DNA of 64,000 bases from Octopus vulgaris (Eukaryota). The first letter of the stretch is position 1. Every line of letters starts with the position of its first letter. The translations under genes and the position numbers were made by a program. The stretch lies in contig OX597826.1 of NCBI GenBank assembly GCA_951406725.2, positions 57,102,001 to 57,166,000 of the forward strand, in the 5' to 3' direction. Shown here piece after piece: positions 41,951 through 55,406 of this stretch. The notes below the pieces were generated by a model. The model did no database searches. It saw only the letters and a list, made by a program, of their open reading frames with translations, and was not told the DNA's origin.

Positions 41951-43271
41951 TGACCAGATTTATGATGAAATGGAGGTGCTTCAATGATTTTGTTTTTTAT
42001 GAAGAATTTGATGGATTGAACTAAATAACTAACTTTTAATTTTGCAAAATAACTTTTGGTATTTATATTAAATCTGATACCAAGAACATAACTTAGTACA
42101 ATGTCCTAACATGAACTGATGAGGGGAAGATTTTTATTTTAAACATGAACACTTTAAAATATGTGATTCTGTATCAAGTAATTGAAAGTAGTGGTCTCAC
42201 ATGAGTTAGGGTCAAAATAGTTAAAGCAGTAATTAATTAACATGTAACAAACCAGCTGAAGCTAGATTTCATATATGCAGGTATTTGACAAAATATGTAC
42301 CTGGGTTATTTCTGTATGTATTCCTTTTAGATGAAACAATAAAATAAACAAATGCAGTTTCTAAGAAAATACGTCCCTTTTAATATCTTTTAATTGGGAT
42401 TCAGATTTAAATATAAATTGTTTAACAAATCTTAAACAAGACCAGTGTTGGGTTAGCTATAAATTTCATAATACAGAGCAATAATGATAGAAGTATATTG
42501 CTATTGACCACAATCTGTGAAGAATATATACTGATTAATGTACATACTTTAATTAATATTTCTGAAGCTAATAAGATTGCTGTTACAAGTTGGTAATATA
42601 ATCATTATTACTGTAGTCAGAAATTACACATCCATTCAAGGTGGTTCTATAAAAACAAATCACCAATGAATTCAGTACTTGAGCTTTTAAAAATACTCCC
42701 CGAAAATCAATATCAAATTTAGCTTTATAAGATTCTTTAAAAGTATTGGGAGAATGAGTGATTCCCAATGGATAAACTAAACTATAAAAACAATTTAATG
42801 ACATTTTTTTTAGTCATTTTTTTGGTCCAGTTAACTATACCTATATAGTCACCAATATTGAATCAGTTAACTAAAATATACTAATATCTTTATAGTCATC
42901 AATTTTTAATGGCTCTGTTAACTATGCTAATACCAATTTAGTCAATGATACTTATCAGCTCTGTTAACTTAACTATACACTAAAACCTACATAGACAACA
43001 ATATTATTTTTACCCAAAACTTTATATCAATAATTCTAAATCTCACTGTTGCTGATTCAAAACCCGCTAGAGGCAGTTTTGTCTTCCATCTATTTGAGAA
43101 AGATAAAGAAGTAAAATAACAAGTCAGTTCAATTGTGTGTGTGTGTGTACATGTGCATGTGCACGCACATGTCATTATTCAGTTTTATTTCAAGATTCTT
43201 GCAAATAGAGAATGAGCAGGTTTCTAACCTAGATCCAGTGCTCCATCATTGAAATTTCAACACCAACAGCA

Positions 43272-43682
43272 GTGTATGTATGTATGTATGTATGTGTGTG
43301 TGTGTATGTATGTATGTATGTATGTATGTATGTATGTATGTATGTATGTATGTATGTATGTATGTATGTATGCAGATTCGTATGTTTTGTTTTATGTATG
43401 TATGTATGTATGCAGTTTTGTATGTTTTGTTTTATGTATGTATGTATGTATGCAGTTTTGTATGTTTTGTTTTGTGTGTGTTTGTATGTATGTATGTATG
43501 TATGTTTTGTTTGTATGTATGTATGTATGTATGTATGTATGCATGCATACATGTATGTATGTATGTATGTATGTACGTACGTACGTACGTACGTACGTAT
43601 GTATGTATGTATGCATGTATGTATGTATGTTTGTATGTATGTATGCATGCATGCATGCATGTATGTATGTATGTATGTGTGT
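43272..43682. repeat. (TATG)n array with (TACG)n and (TGCA)n variants
   Basis: Directly visible. Confidence 0.96.
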
Positions 43683-44025
43683 GACAAGTAAAGAGGAAGG
43701 TTTTATTTCATAGAATATTTCCATAAAACTCCAGTATTCCTTCTATTCACTCAAATTAAGATACCAAAGGTGTTTTAAGTGGAGTAAATACTTAAAGTGC
43801 TATGATGTAACTGAATACAACAGAATTTAAACAGCTGGAAATTTTTTATACAATAACATTTTGAAGAATCCTGTATCAGACTTAGTATTTTATTTTAAGA
43901 AATTATGAATACACTCTAGAGGATAAGTTCAGATCCCACATAATTAAGGTGAAACTCCAAATGTTCCGTAAGATAATATAATTGTCTGAAGGAACTGAAA
44001 ACTGATTACTTTTGTAAGTACATGT

Positions 44026-44226
44026 CTACTACTACTACTATGGCAATCCCTCAAGGTCGAGGATGATGGTCTTCACGCAAATTTATTGGTGAGTCCGCAG
44101 GTGACTGATAAAACCAATTCTTGCTCGAAAAGATCGGTCACAGTGCGGACATCTAGTGCCGGAAGGGAGAGTCGCACGTGGTTGTTGTTGGCGCTCCTTC
44201 CGTCGTCGTCTTTTCCCCTCCAGCTC
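44026..44226 (-). mobile_element. 5'-truncated RTE (BovB-like) LINE 3' end with C2H2 finger and (TAG)n tail
   Basis: Minus-strand open frame ELEGKRRRRKERQQQPRATLPSGTRCPHCDRSFRARIGFISHLRTHQ* (stop at 44083-44085), short 3' UTR, (TAG)5; possible TSD gtacatgtc/gtatatgtc. Confidence 0.85.
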
Positions 44227-45174
44227 AGTTTGTATATGTCACCCATATACTTTCAACAAACATTCAGAGCGAACTCTGAGTATACAACATGATGGTTGAG
44301 AAAAGGATAATTTTCAATTTTCTCAATTCAAAATAAATTCTACTTCTTTTTATGCAAGATTCCTTAAAAATAAGTTAATCCTTTTCTGAAACTCAAGAAA
44401 ATATAAGAGATAGGGTTTATCTTTGTTTATCCAAAGCATTAAGCAGATGAGAGAGAATTTTTCTCTTATATAAGAATGTTCTCTGTTGCTATAAAGGTAG
44501 CTTTTCTTGAGATGTACATGTGTGTTTGTATGTGTATGTATGCAAATGTGGGTAAATTAAACTCAGTAACTGAAATCTACAGTGCTGCCATCGAAACCTA
44601 TGTTTAATTATACTGCATGCAGAACCTCTATAACACTAGGTGGACTTAACCATTGAAAGTTAAGTCTATTAGACACAGAAGCAACACAGTGCCAGTGACA
44701 AACTGACAAACTTCATGTGGTTTTCAAATGTCGTTTTCTATTGATTTTGATTTACAGAGCTTTGTCTCAAAAATTCCTTACATAACATCTGCATATTATC
44801 TTCAGTTGCATTTTCTTTATTTTTATCTTAAATGAATGCATATAAGTGTGCGCACACACACACACACTCACACAAACAGAGAAAAATAAATGCAACAATT
44901 AAACAAAGACTTTGGCGTGAAACTTCTGAGATAACGTAACTTCTGAGAAGAGTTCAGCATGAGACACCAGACTCAAACTATCATTTATCAATAAAACTTT
45001 AAATAAAACACATTCCCACCTCCATACACACACACACACACAACCACTATCACACCCCCCGTAAATATTTTCTAAAATAACATCCCATTATGCTTGATTA
45101 CATTCAGAAAATTCTAAAATTCTCTTTTATTTTCAGAACTGTTTCAAAAGATGATTTCATAAATATATACATAT

Positions 45175-45228
<54 letters not shown>

Positions 45229-45969
45229 ATGTGTGTATATTTCTTATCCAGTTGTAATTTTTTTATTTTTATTTTTATTTTTATGCTAGGATTACAATTC
45301 TCTGTTCTTTTCAGTAATTAAAATTTTCTTTGGAATTCAGTGTTGTAATTGCATATAAATGTATGTTAATTCCATTCCATTCTCTTCTTTTGCTTTAAAT
45401 GATAATTTTTTTCCCAGTTGGTCTTCAGGATTTCAGCAAACCACACTAACACACACAAACAAATGCAAGCACGCAATAATAAAAATAACAAAAAATTAAA
45501 AAACAAAAACAAAACAAAAAGCATTTAGAATTTAGAGAGAGAGAGAGAGAGAACAATGAAATCACAAACAGAATAAAACATCAATAGAAATAGTTGGTTT
45601 TGCTGACATCATGAACAACACAAGAGCAGCAAAAATAAAACAAAATGGAAAGCAAAAAAAAAAATAAAAGCATTTTCAAAAAACTTTAAATTTCTTCCAT
45701 CCTTTCACATCTTGTCTGCTATTTTCTGTTCTGATGTGATATGAATAATGATTAGTTTTATTCAAATACATGCAAAATCCAGCCAGAATGTAATTTTTAG
45801 AAAACATTATATAGAAGAAATAGAAATTGTAAAGAAAAATTTTGTTTACCTTATTTTTCAGGGAGTTTTACTTATTCTTTTTTTCCCCACCCTTCTTACA
45901 ATAGACTGGTTTTGGTCAATATTAAAGAAAAGTTGAAATGAAAGAAATTTGTAGATGGAATTTCTGGAT

Positions 45970-46010
45970 ACTTACCTGAAAATATAAAATAGAAATAAAT
46001 TAATTAATTT
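45970..46010 (-). promoter_or_regulatory. Candidate recursive splice site (3'ss fused to 5'ss): polypyrimidine-TTTTCAG|GTAAGT
   Basis: Minus strand taaattaattaatttatttctattttatattttCAG|GTAAGTatcc; junction 45976/45975; no AG on the minus strand from 46160 to 45979. Confidence 0.6.
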
Positions 46011-47040
46011 ACGAAACAAATAAATTTTTTGTGTGACAAAAATACAGTAAAAAGAACAAGAGAATTGAAATAAAATAAATTGGAAATTTCAAAGTATTCA
46101 ATAATTTAAAGATTTTGCAACCAGCAAACCATTTGTTGTTTTCAAGGTCAGTGAGTATTACTAAGTAACAACACAACTCCTCTCTCACCAACACTACCAT
46201 CAAGAGTTTTGTCCCATCACCAGCTTCATCTTAAAAAGTTAAAGTTTGTAGTGGTTGGCCAGTGATGAGAATTACTCGATGTTTTACAAGACAACTTACG
46301 GCACAAATGATTGATTCTTGCAAAATTAAACAGGCATCTGTTAAGTCTAATAGTTGAGCTCAAAACTATTCTTAAAAAGAGAAAGAGAAATAGAGAGAAA
46401 GAGAGAGAGAGAAGAAAGAGAAAAGAAAGAGAAAATTCACAATAAATATCCCAGTTTAGCAAGTAATTACATTTCTTCGTTTAATTATCCAAAAACCTAT
46501 AAGTCTTGTACCAACCCTTGCACAATCTAAATTAATTTTGTTTGCCTTGTACAAGGTAAAACATTTTATATGCTTGTTGTAGAATAACTAACTATAAGAA
46601 TATTTGGAGTTATTTGATTTTCTTCATCTTTACAGTTAATTCTTTTATATTAAACATTTCTTTTTGCTTTCTTTTCCACTAATTTTTCAGAAGTTCTTTG
46701 AAAATGAAGATGCACTGCTTGTAAATTTTCTAACAAATAAAATCTTTAAAAATAAATATAGTCTATTTACACATACATACACACACACACACACACACAC
46801 TTGCATACATAATTTCTTTTACAGATCCAACTGAAGACTACCACCTTACATTATTTAAAGAAAGGGAATCTAGTTGGTGTGATGTCAATATTATGACTAT
46901 ATATTTTATTGTGACTGGATCAATAAAAATTCGAACTAAAACAGGACTAAGATTTGAATTTAGAAACACAAAGCACCAAAGTGGTTGATGTCCTAAGTAA
47001 GTGATACCCTTAGTTTGGCTCTATCCAATTTATTTCTAAT

Positions 47041-47291
47041 GGCATAGGGGTGGCTGTGTGGTAAGAAGCTTGCTTCCCAGCCACATGGTTCTGGGTTCAG
47101 TCCTACTGCATGGCACCTTAGTCAAGTGCCTTCTACTCTAGCCTCAGGCCGACTAAAGCCTTGTGGGTGGATTTGGTACACAGAAACTGAAAGAAGCCTG
47201 ATTTATATGTGTGTGTGAGAATGTGTGTGTTTGTGTGTGTGAGAATGTGTGTGTGTTTGTGTGTGTGTATGTGTGTGTGTGTTTGTGTGTG

Positions 47292-47340
<49 letters not shown>

Positions 47341-47552
47341 TGTGTGTGTTTCTCCCCTCCACTACAGCTTGACAGGTTGTGTTGGTGTATTTACATCCCT
47401 ATAACTTTGCAGTTCACCAAAAAGGGGCCAATAGAATAAGTTACCAGGCTTTAAAAAATAAGTACTGGAGTCAATTCAGTCAACTAAATGGAATTCTTCA
47501 AGATGGTGCCCTAGCAGGGAACAGTTTAATGATTGAAACACGTAAAAGATAC
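47041..47552 (+). mobile_element. Diverged full-length family A SINE with expanded internal (TG)n
   Basis: Head ggcataggggtggctgtgtggtaag; (TG)n at 47205-47350; tail gattgaaacacgtaaaagat. Confidence 0.85.
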
Positions 47553-48314
47553 AAACCTCCAAAACACACGCATACTACATATATACATACACAAAAGGTT
47601 CTACTAGAGTAATTCATTCAGGAGAGAATAGCGGATCAAAAATTTTGCAAATCAAATTTAAACTGCTATGATCTCATAGTTTGTTCAGTCTTGCAGGATA
47701 CTAACAGAAATGCCTTTGAATTCAAATTTATATCTGTTGCGCATTTTGGATCCAGTATTTGAACAGTGTTAGAGCAAAAGCGTAGGTTGGGACAAGCTAG
47801 CACGAAACCTTTCCCCTTTGAACAAATTCTTTTTGCAGATTGATTGAAAATACATGCTTCACAGAAAGCCAACAGTTATTAGATGTCATCCTCAGCAGGT
47901 GGCTTTGTTGTAAAGTCTCTTGCTGTATTGCTAACATTGTGAGAAACCTTGCTATTCTGATTTGGTGTGAAATTCTGAATTGTGAATAGCAAACAGGATT
48001 TCTATTTTATCTATGATATTATCCACACACACACACACACACTCAGAGTATTGAAATAGAAATAGTATTAACTCATAGACATGAATGGTCTGAAAGCTAA
48101 TGCTTTCTCTTTCAAAGAAAATTGTCTATAGGAAGAATTAGCATAATATATGTGAACTTTCGTGACAACACGACAATTCAAAGCTCTTGGTTTGTTTGAT
48201 CACATTTCTAGGTTTGTGTTAAAAAAAATAATTTAAGAAAAAAAAAAAATTAAATTAATAAAGTAAAGAAGGAAAAAAAAAGGAAACAATATAAAAGTGC
48301 AATAAAAAAAAAAA

Positions 48315-48351
<37 letters not shown>

Positions 48352-48861
48352 CAGGCAAAATATTTCAAGTGTATCCTTAGGTGTATGTCACTTCAGCTGA
48401 CTGCATCTCATTGACCAGAGAAGTGCTGCAGTAGCAACAACACAGAACATCTAATTGCAAATGGCTTCAAAAGCAAGTAACAACCAATGAAAACATTGCA
48501 ACCATGTTTTGTGAGGTCATTGAATTCCAACAAGAAGAAAAACAAATAATAGTGACTGTAATCTCAACATAGAGTCTATAGTGGCTATTAACTAAAAATT
48601 AACAAAATTCATTAAATGAAAGCTGAGTATGAGTGTGAGTGTGTGTGTGTATGTGTGTAGTATGGTATGGTCGTGTTTGTTGTCTGTGTGTATGTGCGCA
48701 TGTGAATATGTTTCAAATGTGTGTGCTTGTCAAGGATTTTAATATCTTCATAAGATTGTAGGAGGGATAGTATGAAATTACAACACAAATCTGTGTCAGT
48801 GTGTATACACATTCGATCTGTGTTTTTGAAAGTGCATGTGGCCGTGTATATTTCAGTGTAC

Positions 48862-48893
<32 letters not shown>

Positions 48894-48992
48894 GAGTTTG
48901 CATGCATGCTTATATTTGAGAGTGTGTATGTTATATTTGAGTGCACACATATCTGAAAGTGTGTATATGTATGTATGTTGAGTACATATATG

Positions 48993-49028
<36 letters not shown>

Positions 49029-49954
49029 TGCATATGTGTATGTATATTTCAGCCATGTATATGTGAATATATTTATGTGTAATTGTTACACACACAAGTG
49101 TGCTTGTGTGTATATAAGTGAGTGCACATGGTTGTATATATGTATATATATATATATATATATATACATATCTAAGTGTGCACTCATGAATATATCTGAG
49201 TGTTTGCCTGTATGTATGTGCACTTAATTTCCATTTACGAACACTTTGCATGAGACACATCAGAATACTAATAAAGAAAAGGAAAACACAGAAACAAACA
49301 CACAAACAAAAAAAAGAACTTTAAAACACTCACACACACAAACACACACACACACTCTCTTTCTCTCTCTACTAAAACCAAAAATAATCAAATCAACTAA
49401 TGTGGTGATTTCGGAGGGATTTAGTGAACAGAATAAATATTGCTGAAAAGGAAGAAAAAAAGTGGAATGAATAAAATGGAATTTAAGAAATTTATCGAAA
49501 CGTTATGACCCCCGTATGATGCTAGTGTGCCCAAGGTAGAGTAGTCAAAGACAAATGGTGATGTGAGGACACGGATGAAAGCGTAAGGAGACACATTATA
49601 ACTAGACTGGGAATCAATAAAGCAGCTGGAAATAATGAAGCCAAACAGCTTTGTTGGTAGGAGGTAAGCTATTGGTTCAAATAAACAGTATATGATTGAA
49701 GTCCAACTTCAATATAGCTATCATAGACATCATGAAAGAAGTTGACGTCCCATAGCAATTGTGTTCTGAACAAGTGAATAGTTAAAATTCCAAATAAAAG
49801 CAATGGCAATGTAGATAACTACCTTCATGTTGAGGATAGTATACCTACTTCAATAACTTTCATTCTATACTGTATAATAACATTTTTCCTACATGGTGAT
49901 GCTTACTTTACAGAAAGCCTGCCATTTGACAAGACACCAAAGGAACCTCTATGT

Positions 49955-50142
49955 GGCCCATTCAACCTGTTAGAAATAGCTGCTAAATAACTCTCAAATC
50001 ACAACACAGTATTAAAAAAAAAAGGCTGTTAGGTAACATAATGGGGGTTTTATAGCAGAACAAATGATGATTGCATTATGGCTAGAAGGAGTTTGATTGC
50101 GGTCTACTTTGTCAAGGCTGACCTGGGACTAAACTACAACTA
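49955..50142 (+). mobile_element. Family E dispersed repeat
   Basis: ttcaacctgttagaaatagctgctaaat...ctcaaatcacaac...ggctgacctgggactaaactacaac. Confidence 0.6.
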
Positions 50143-51093
50143 CCTTTCAGTTTATGGCTCTTTATTATCCCTTATCCTTTTGTTTGCCTCCCTTAATACA
50201 AAGAGATTTGTTAGCTGAATGTAGGTTGCCTCTTTTCAAACACATTTTTGTACTCACTTATCAACTCCTCCCAACCAACATGTTTTCTGTTCTCTCTCTT
50301 TCTTTCTCTCTGGGACAGGTATCATTTGTATAAGATTTCCAGTCTTGTTTTTGCCATGGAGATTTACGTTCAGGTAGGTTATCAACAACAACAACAATCT
50401 CACCAATCTTGAAGGGTTCTAAAAGATGATGGTCCTCACCCCTCTTTTCTTGTCTAACTCATAAAACAAAAACCAGATCAAAGAATGTTTACCTATGCCA
50501 TTCCATTCCTTTTTCACCAATGTGCTCTTTTCCAATACTCCCAATTTTCAGTTATTTATTATGGTCAAAGAACTTCCATAACTTAACAACAATGTTCTGT
50601 CTTTTATAACTAAAATACTGAATAGATACTTTACATTGTTATATACATGGTAGGTGGTAAACACCACTACTTTTTCCTCCTTTCAAATTGTTTAAAGGAA
50701 AATACAGCAACCAGGTGGCTAAGACATTGACGTTTCTAAAGGCCAGTTCAATTTCTATTGCAAGTGCTAAAATTTATTCTATGGAAGAGAAATATAATTT
50801 TACTTGACACTGGTTTGATATATAATTAATTACAGAAACCTTTTGATAGCATGTCCTGTATGGATCAGTCCATTATATCCAGCAAACAGATGTCTGTCCA
50901 GTAGACAAGTCCTTTACTCCCTAAAAGTCTACTAGCCCATTGTTGAACTGTGTCCTCCTTCCAGGTCTTCAGTATTATTGTGGGTGTTCATCACATGTAG
51001 TTAACAATATTACAGAAAACTCATAATTTATTCGATATATAGAGAAAAATTGTTGTTTTGAAAAAATAATAGTTAGCATCCTCTTGGTATCTC

Positions 51094-51315
51094 CTGGCAG
51101 AAACGTTAGTACACCAGGCGAAATGCTTACCCGTATTTCGTCTGCCGTTACGTTGTGAGTTCAAATTCTGCCGAGGTCGACTTTGCCTTTCATCCTTTCG
51201 GGGTCGATAAATTAAGTACCAGTTATGCACTGGGGTCAATGTAATCGACTTAATACCTATGTCTGTCCTTGTTTGTCCCCTCTATGTTTAGCCCCTTGTG
51301 GGTAATAAAGAAATA
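51094..51315 (+). mobile_element. Family C SINE, young, with 8-bp TSD GGTATCTC
   Basis: ggtatctc at 51086-51093 and 51316-51323; B-box-like GAGTTCAAATTC; gtcgactttgcctttcatcctttcggggtcgataaattaagtaccag. Confidence 0.88.
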
Positions 51316-53367
51316 GGTATCTCAACATTGGAGGAATAAATAAGGAAATAAAAGTAGTTTTAGCATTTTTAGACTATTATCATTATTTTGTGTTTATACA
51401 TATTGATGGACATAATTACCAACAGTCTTCAACAGCTTCACTCTTTTTTTAAAATTTCTAATGTAGAATTGCAATTCTCCACAATCCCAGTGTTATCAAA
51501 TAGTCAACTCAGAAGTGACATGATAACTTGACAAAGCTACAATTTATCAAGGACACGATATGTCCACGGCTGAGGCACTTAGCCACAAATACTTGAGCCC
51601 AGTTAGCTGTAAGCAGAAACCACAAGATGCTACACAGCTCACTGTTATAAAACTAGCAAATATTTCATTACCATATATATAAAAGTGCTTTGAGAAAAAT
51701 GAACTTCTCCAGGCTGGTATATCTTTAATACACTACATTTGAGAAAATGTCTGAAGTGGAGCAGCTATGATTTAATGTGGTATGAGGTTTTCCCACCACT
51801 CATAATAATTCAATATGCATTTCCAGTTTATTCTGAGAGGATGTAGCATTGTTGTCACCTTCAGTATTGTTCTATAGAAGTAGTGATCTATGACACTTCA
51901 ATAACATTTCATTTATACATAATAGACTGAACAAAAGTAATATTGAAGCTGTAAAGTACGTGTTACAGTTTCCCTCCTCCTTCAGTGCTGAAGAGCACAA
52001 ATTTATTTACCATCTAAACCTTCTTGACATACTTATTTCGCATTTTATTTTAAAGCAACCTTTGCTGTAGGTTCTGAAAATTCATATATTTATAGAAATG
52101 GTTTGATCTGGTGATTTACAGTTGGACGCCTTTAAGAACATAAAGCATTCAAGTGTAAAACAGAAGTAGTATCATCTATTTCTAAGCAAAGTTTGAAAAG
52201 AATTCAATAGAGAAATTGTTTCACAATAAAGAACAGAACACAATGCTATTGACAAGGTTTGAACTCAAGATTTTGGTGCCACAGAAAATATGCACTTGAA
52301 AGTTGGGATAAGAAGTTGTGAGACTGACATCTGCAATAGAAGTGATATTCTTTTACATGTTGTCTTATGGGAGGAGGTGTGTTTAGCATTAGAGCTAAAG
52401 AAACACTCGTGTGTTATACAGTGCCCCCACTGCCTTAAAACCCATCTATGCTACAAGATTTACAAGCAAAGCCAAAAATCTGAAAAAAACATATTCAGCA
52501 GAAACATTCTCAATGAGTCAGTCAGTCAGTCAAAAAGCACTCTCTAAAAATAGGTAGGCATTTGTAGCAATATAGAGAAAAGAGTCATGACACACAACAA
52601 AGACAAGAGTTTGAGTTGAAAAACACAACAACAACAGTAACAAACAAACAAAAAAAAAACTACCAACAAAATATCAGATTTATATACAGAGTATTTATAA
52701 AAGTCTGTTGTTGTTATTGTTGTTTCACGGCAAATGGTGAACAAGTTCATGTAAATGTTGTTAAAAGATGAATTCTCCGTTAAAATACAAACAGGAATCA
52801 ATAAGTTCACCAATATTTTGAAAGATGAAAAGATTAATATGAAAAAAAAAAGAAAGAAAGAATAAAACAGAAGCGACCTCCCTCTCACTACCACCACCAC
52901 CACCACCAACACCACCACCAAACATGACCTCCCTCTTGCCTCCTTACATGACCTCCCTCTCACCACCATCACACCTGACCTCCCCTCTTGCCATCATCAC
53001 ACACACACATACAATAAAAGAAAAGAAACAAAAAATTAGAAACTAAATTGAATTGATACATTTTTCACCAGAGAAAAATCATTCCAAATATTGGTGGAAC
53101 TAAAAGCCTTACTTCCTGTTGAAGATTCTGACATCGCTGCCTTCTTCTCTCTCCCTTTCTTTCTCTCTCTCTCTCTCTCTTTACCACCATTCTCCACCCA
53201 TATAATTTTTCAAAGTGATTTTAACCATTTCTCTCTTTAGAGGAGGTTACTAATATCATTATAGATTTGGTCACTTAAAAATTTGGGGATGTTAGATGAT
53301 GATGATGTTTGTTATTGTTGTGGCTTTGTGGGTGGGTATTTATTTACATTGTTGTTACTGTTGTTGC

Positions 53368-53398
<31 letters not shown>

Positions 53399-54719
53399 AA
53401 ACCTTGGTTTTCTTCCTTTCTTTTTTTTTTTTTGTTTTTGTTTTTTTTATCAATTAAAGAATATGTAGTGCAGAGTTCAGAAAGAGTGGATATAACAATA
53501 TGAAGGCAGAAGATAGTGAAAGTGAAACAAACCAACGAGTTCAAATAGAAGTGTTAGGGACAGGAATGAGAAGAAAAGTAAAATTAAAGAAAGGAAATAT
53601 GTGTGTGTGTGTGTGCATGCACTATGCATATTGTTGTGTGTGTAGGTATAGGTTCTTATATGAGTGTGGGAATAAGTGAATGCATATTTGTGGTAAGGAG
53701 ACATGTAGGTCAAGTGAGAGGAAACACAAAACCAGTGGACAAGAAGACAGATTTTAATGACTAAATGCGAGAGTAATAGAGTATTATTGAATATTATAAA
53801 GATTGGTAGAGAGACAGAGAGGTACACAGAATTCCTGGATATGGAGAGAGAGAGATGGAGAGACAAAGAGAGAGAGAGAGAGAGAGAAAGAAAGAAAGAG
53901 AGATATCAATATAAATAAGAGATGTGCACTAGAAAATTACACAAGAGACAGAAATGAGTTGAGAGGATGACATGCATGCTGGAAATGAATGTGAAGAGGT
54001 TGAGTTAATTTTGCAGCAAATTTTCTCTGGACCAGTTTGGCCAGGTCAGGAAAACAGTGAATAGTTTTCACAAGACCCTTCCTGTGTATTGGCACTGTCA
54101 AATACAGATTTACTGAATTCAAAGACAGCTTAATATGTAATTGTGAAAACATTCTGCCTCATTTCATAAACCGACTTAAATCTTCAACGCTGAGATGCCA
54201 TGAGTGTCCATAAGAAAGTATCTTTCCAATGGCTTGTAATTTGCTATCCATTTTGTAGAGGACACACATGTCTCTATAAGGAATGAACAGTCAATACAGA
54301 TATGTACTGTCTCTCTTTATCACTCTCTCTCTATCCCTCTTTCTAAGCTAATGCTTGCAATACTTTGGATGAGTTAAACAAAGCAAAGCCATATAAGACC
54401 CAAATTGAGCGTGTCTTTTGAAGAATAAGCTGTTCTCTTTTCTTGTCTTTTAATCTCGTCAAAAGAAGACTTGCAAAGTATTAAGCTTTGTCCAGTTGTT
54501 GGAATACTGACAAAAGCCACTATACTTTCTACTCCGCATCTTTACATTGAATACAGCGCAAAGATAATTAAAAGAATGGGTGGTTGGCTAGTTAAAAGTA
54601 CAAGTATTAGTCAAACTGAACACACACATTAATTGAGTTAGTATCAGGTTTTATTGAAAAAGTTTCTAAAGAAAATAGCCTTTTCTTTCTATCTCTTCCT
54701 TTCCCCATTTCATTTTTTC

Positions 54720-54736
54720 ATTATTATTATTATTAA

Positions 54737-54793
<57 letters not shown>
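54720..54793. repeat. (ATT)n array
   Basis: Directly visible. Confidence 0.95.
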
Positions 54794-55254
54794 CAACTGA
54801 TGTATTACAAGTAAAGATTAAATACCTGAAATAATATTACAAGAAAAAAATAATGACACCAATATATAAACTTAATTTTGAAAGCAGAGCTTTTAAGTGG
54901 AACTTAAATTGAATTATTGATTTATAAAATAAGTATCAAACTATGTTTCAAAAAACCAAAAAAAACCCAAAAAAACTCGGAAAACAAATACATGTGTATT
55001 TGTATATTTATAAAAAGCATGGCGATGGGAATGATTTTGCTAGTAAAGAATTGAATTAAATGTTCTGTACTTTCTTGTTTAGTATGTTTAGGGTGTGTGT
55101 ATGTTTAAATCTTGCTTGTAAATGCTTCTGGAACTAATTAGGATATTTTAAAAAAGACTAGCTCCTTTAACAACATACCTGTACTCTTCAGAAATGATGT
55201 TATTGTAATTAATGATTCATCAGATTTTAGAGCACAACAAATGAATGCTAGAAA

Positions 55255-55404
55255 TGTCTTTGTGGTTAAGAAGTTTGTTCACAACCATATGATTCTGGAC
55301 TTGGTCTTCACTGTTTAGTAAATGCATTTGCGGTGACTAATGCTTTCTGAGTAAAATTTGGTGGACAGAAACATCGAAAAAGCTTGTAATATGAGTATAT
55401 GATG
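55255..55404 (+). mobile_element. Old family A SINE 5' half, host of the mariner MITE
   Basis: tgtggttaagaagtttgttc.caaccatatgattctgg...aatttggtggacagaaac..aaaaagcttgt. Confidence 0.55.
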
Positions 55405-55406
55405 TA

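Noticed and set aside
44636-44672. Short hairpin ctaggtggacttaac/gttaagtctattag
   Set aside because: Only about 37 nt and AT-rich; expected by chance in 64 kb.
50200-51050. Possible decayed LTR-retrotransposon integrase on the minus strand (EPFKIGEIVVVVDN)
   Set aside because: A single weak motif with no colinear supporting motifs.
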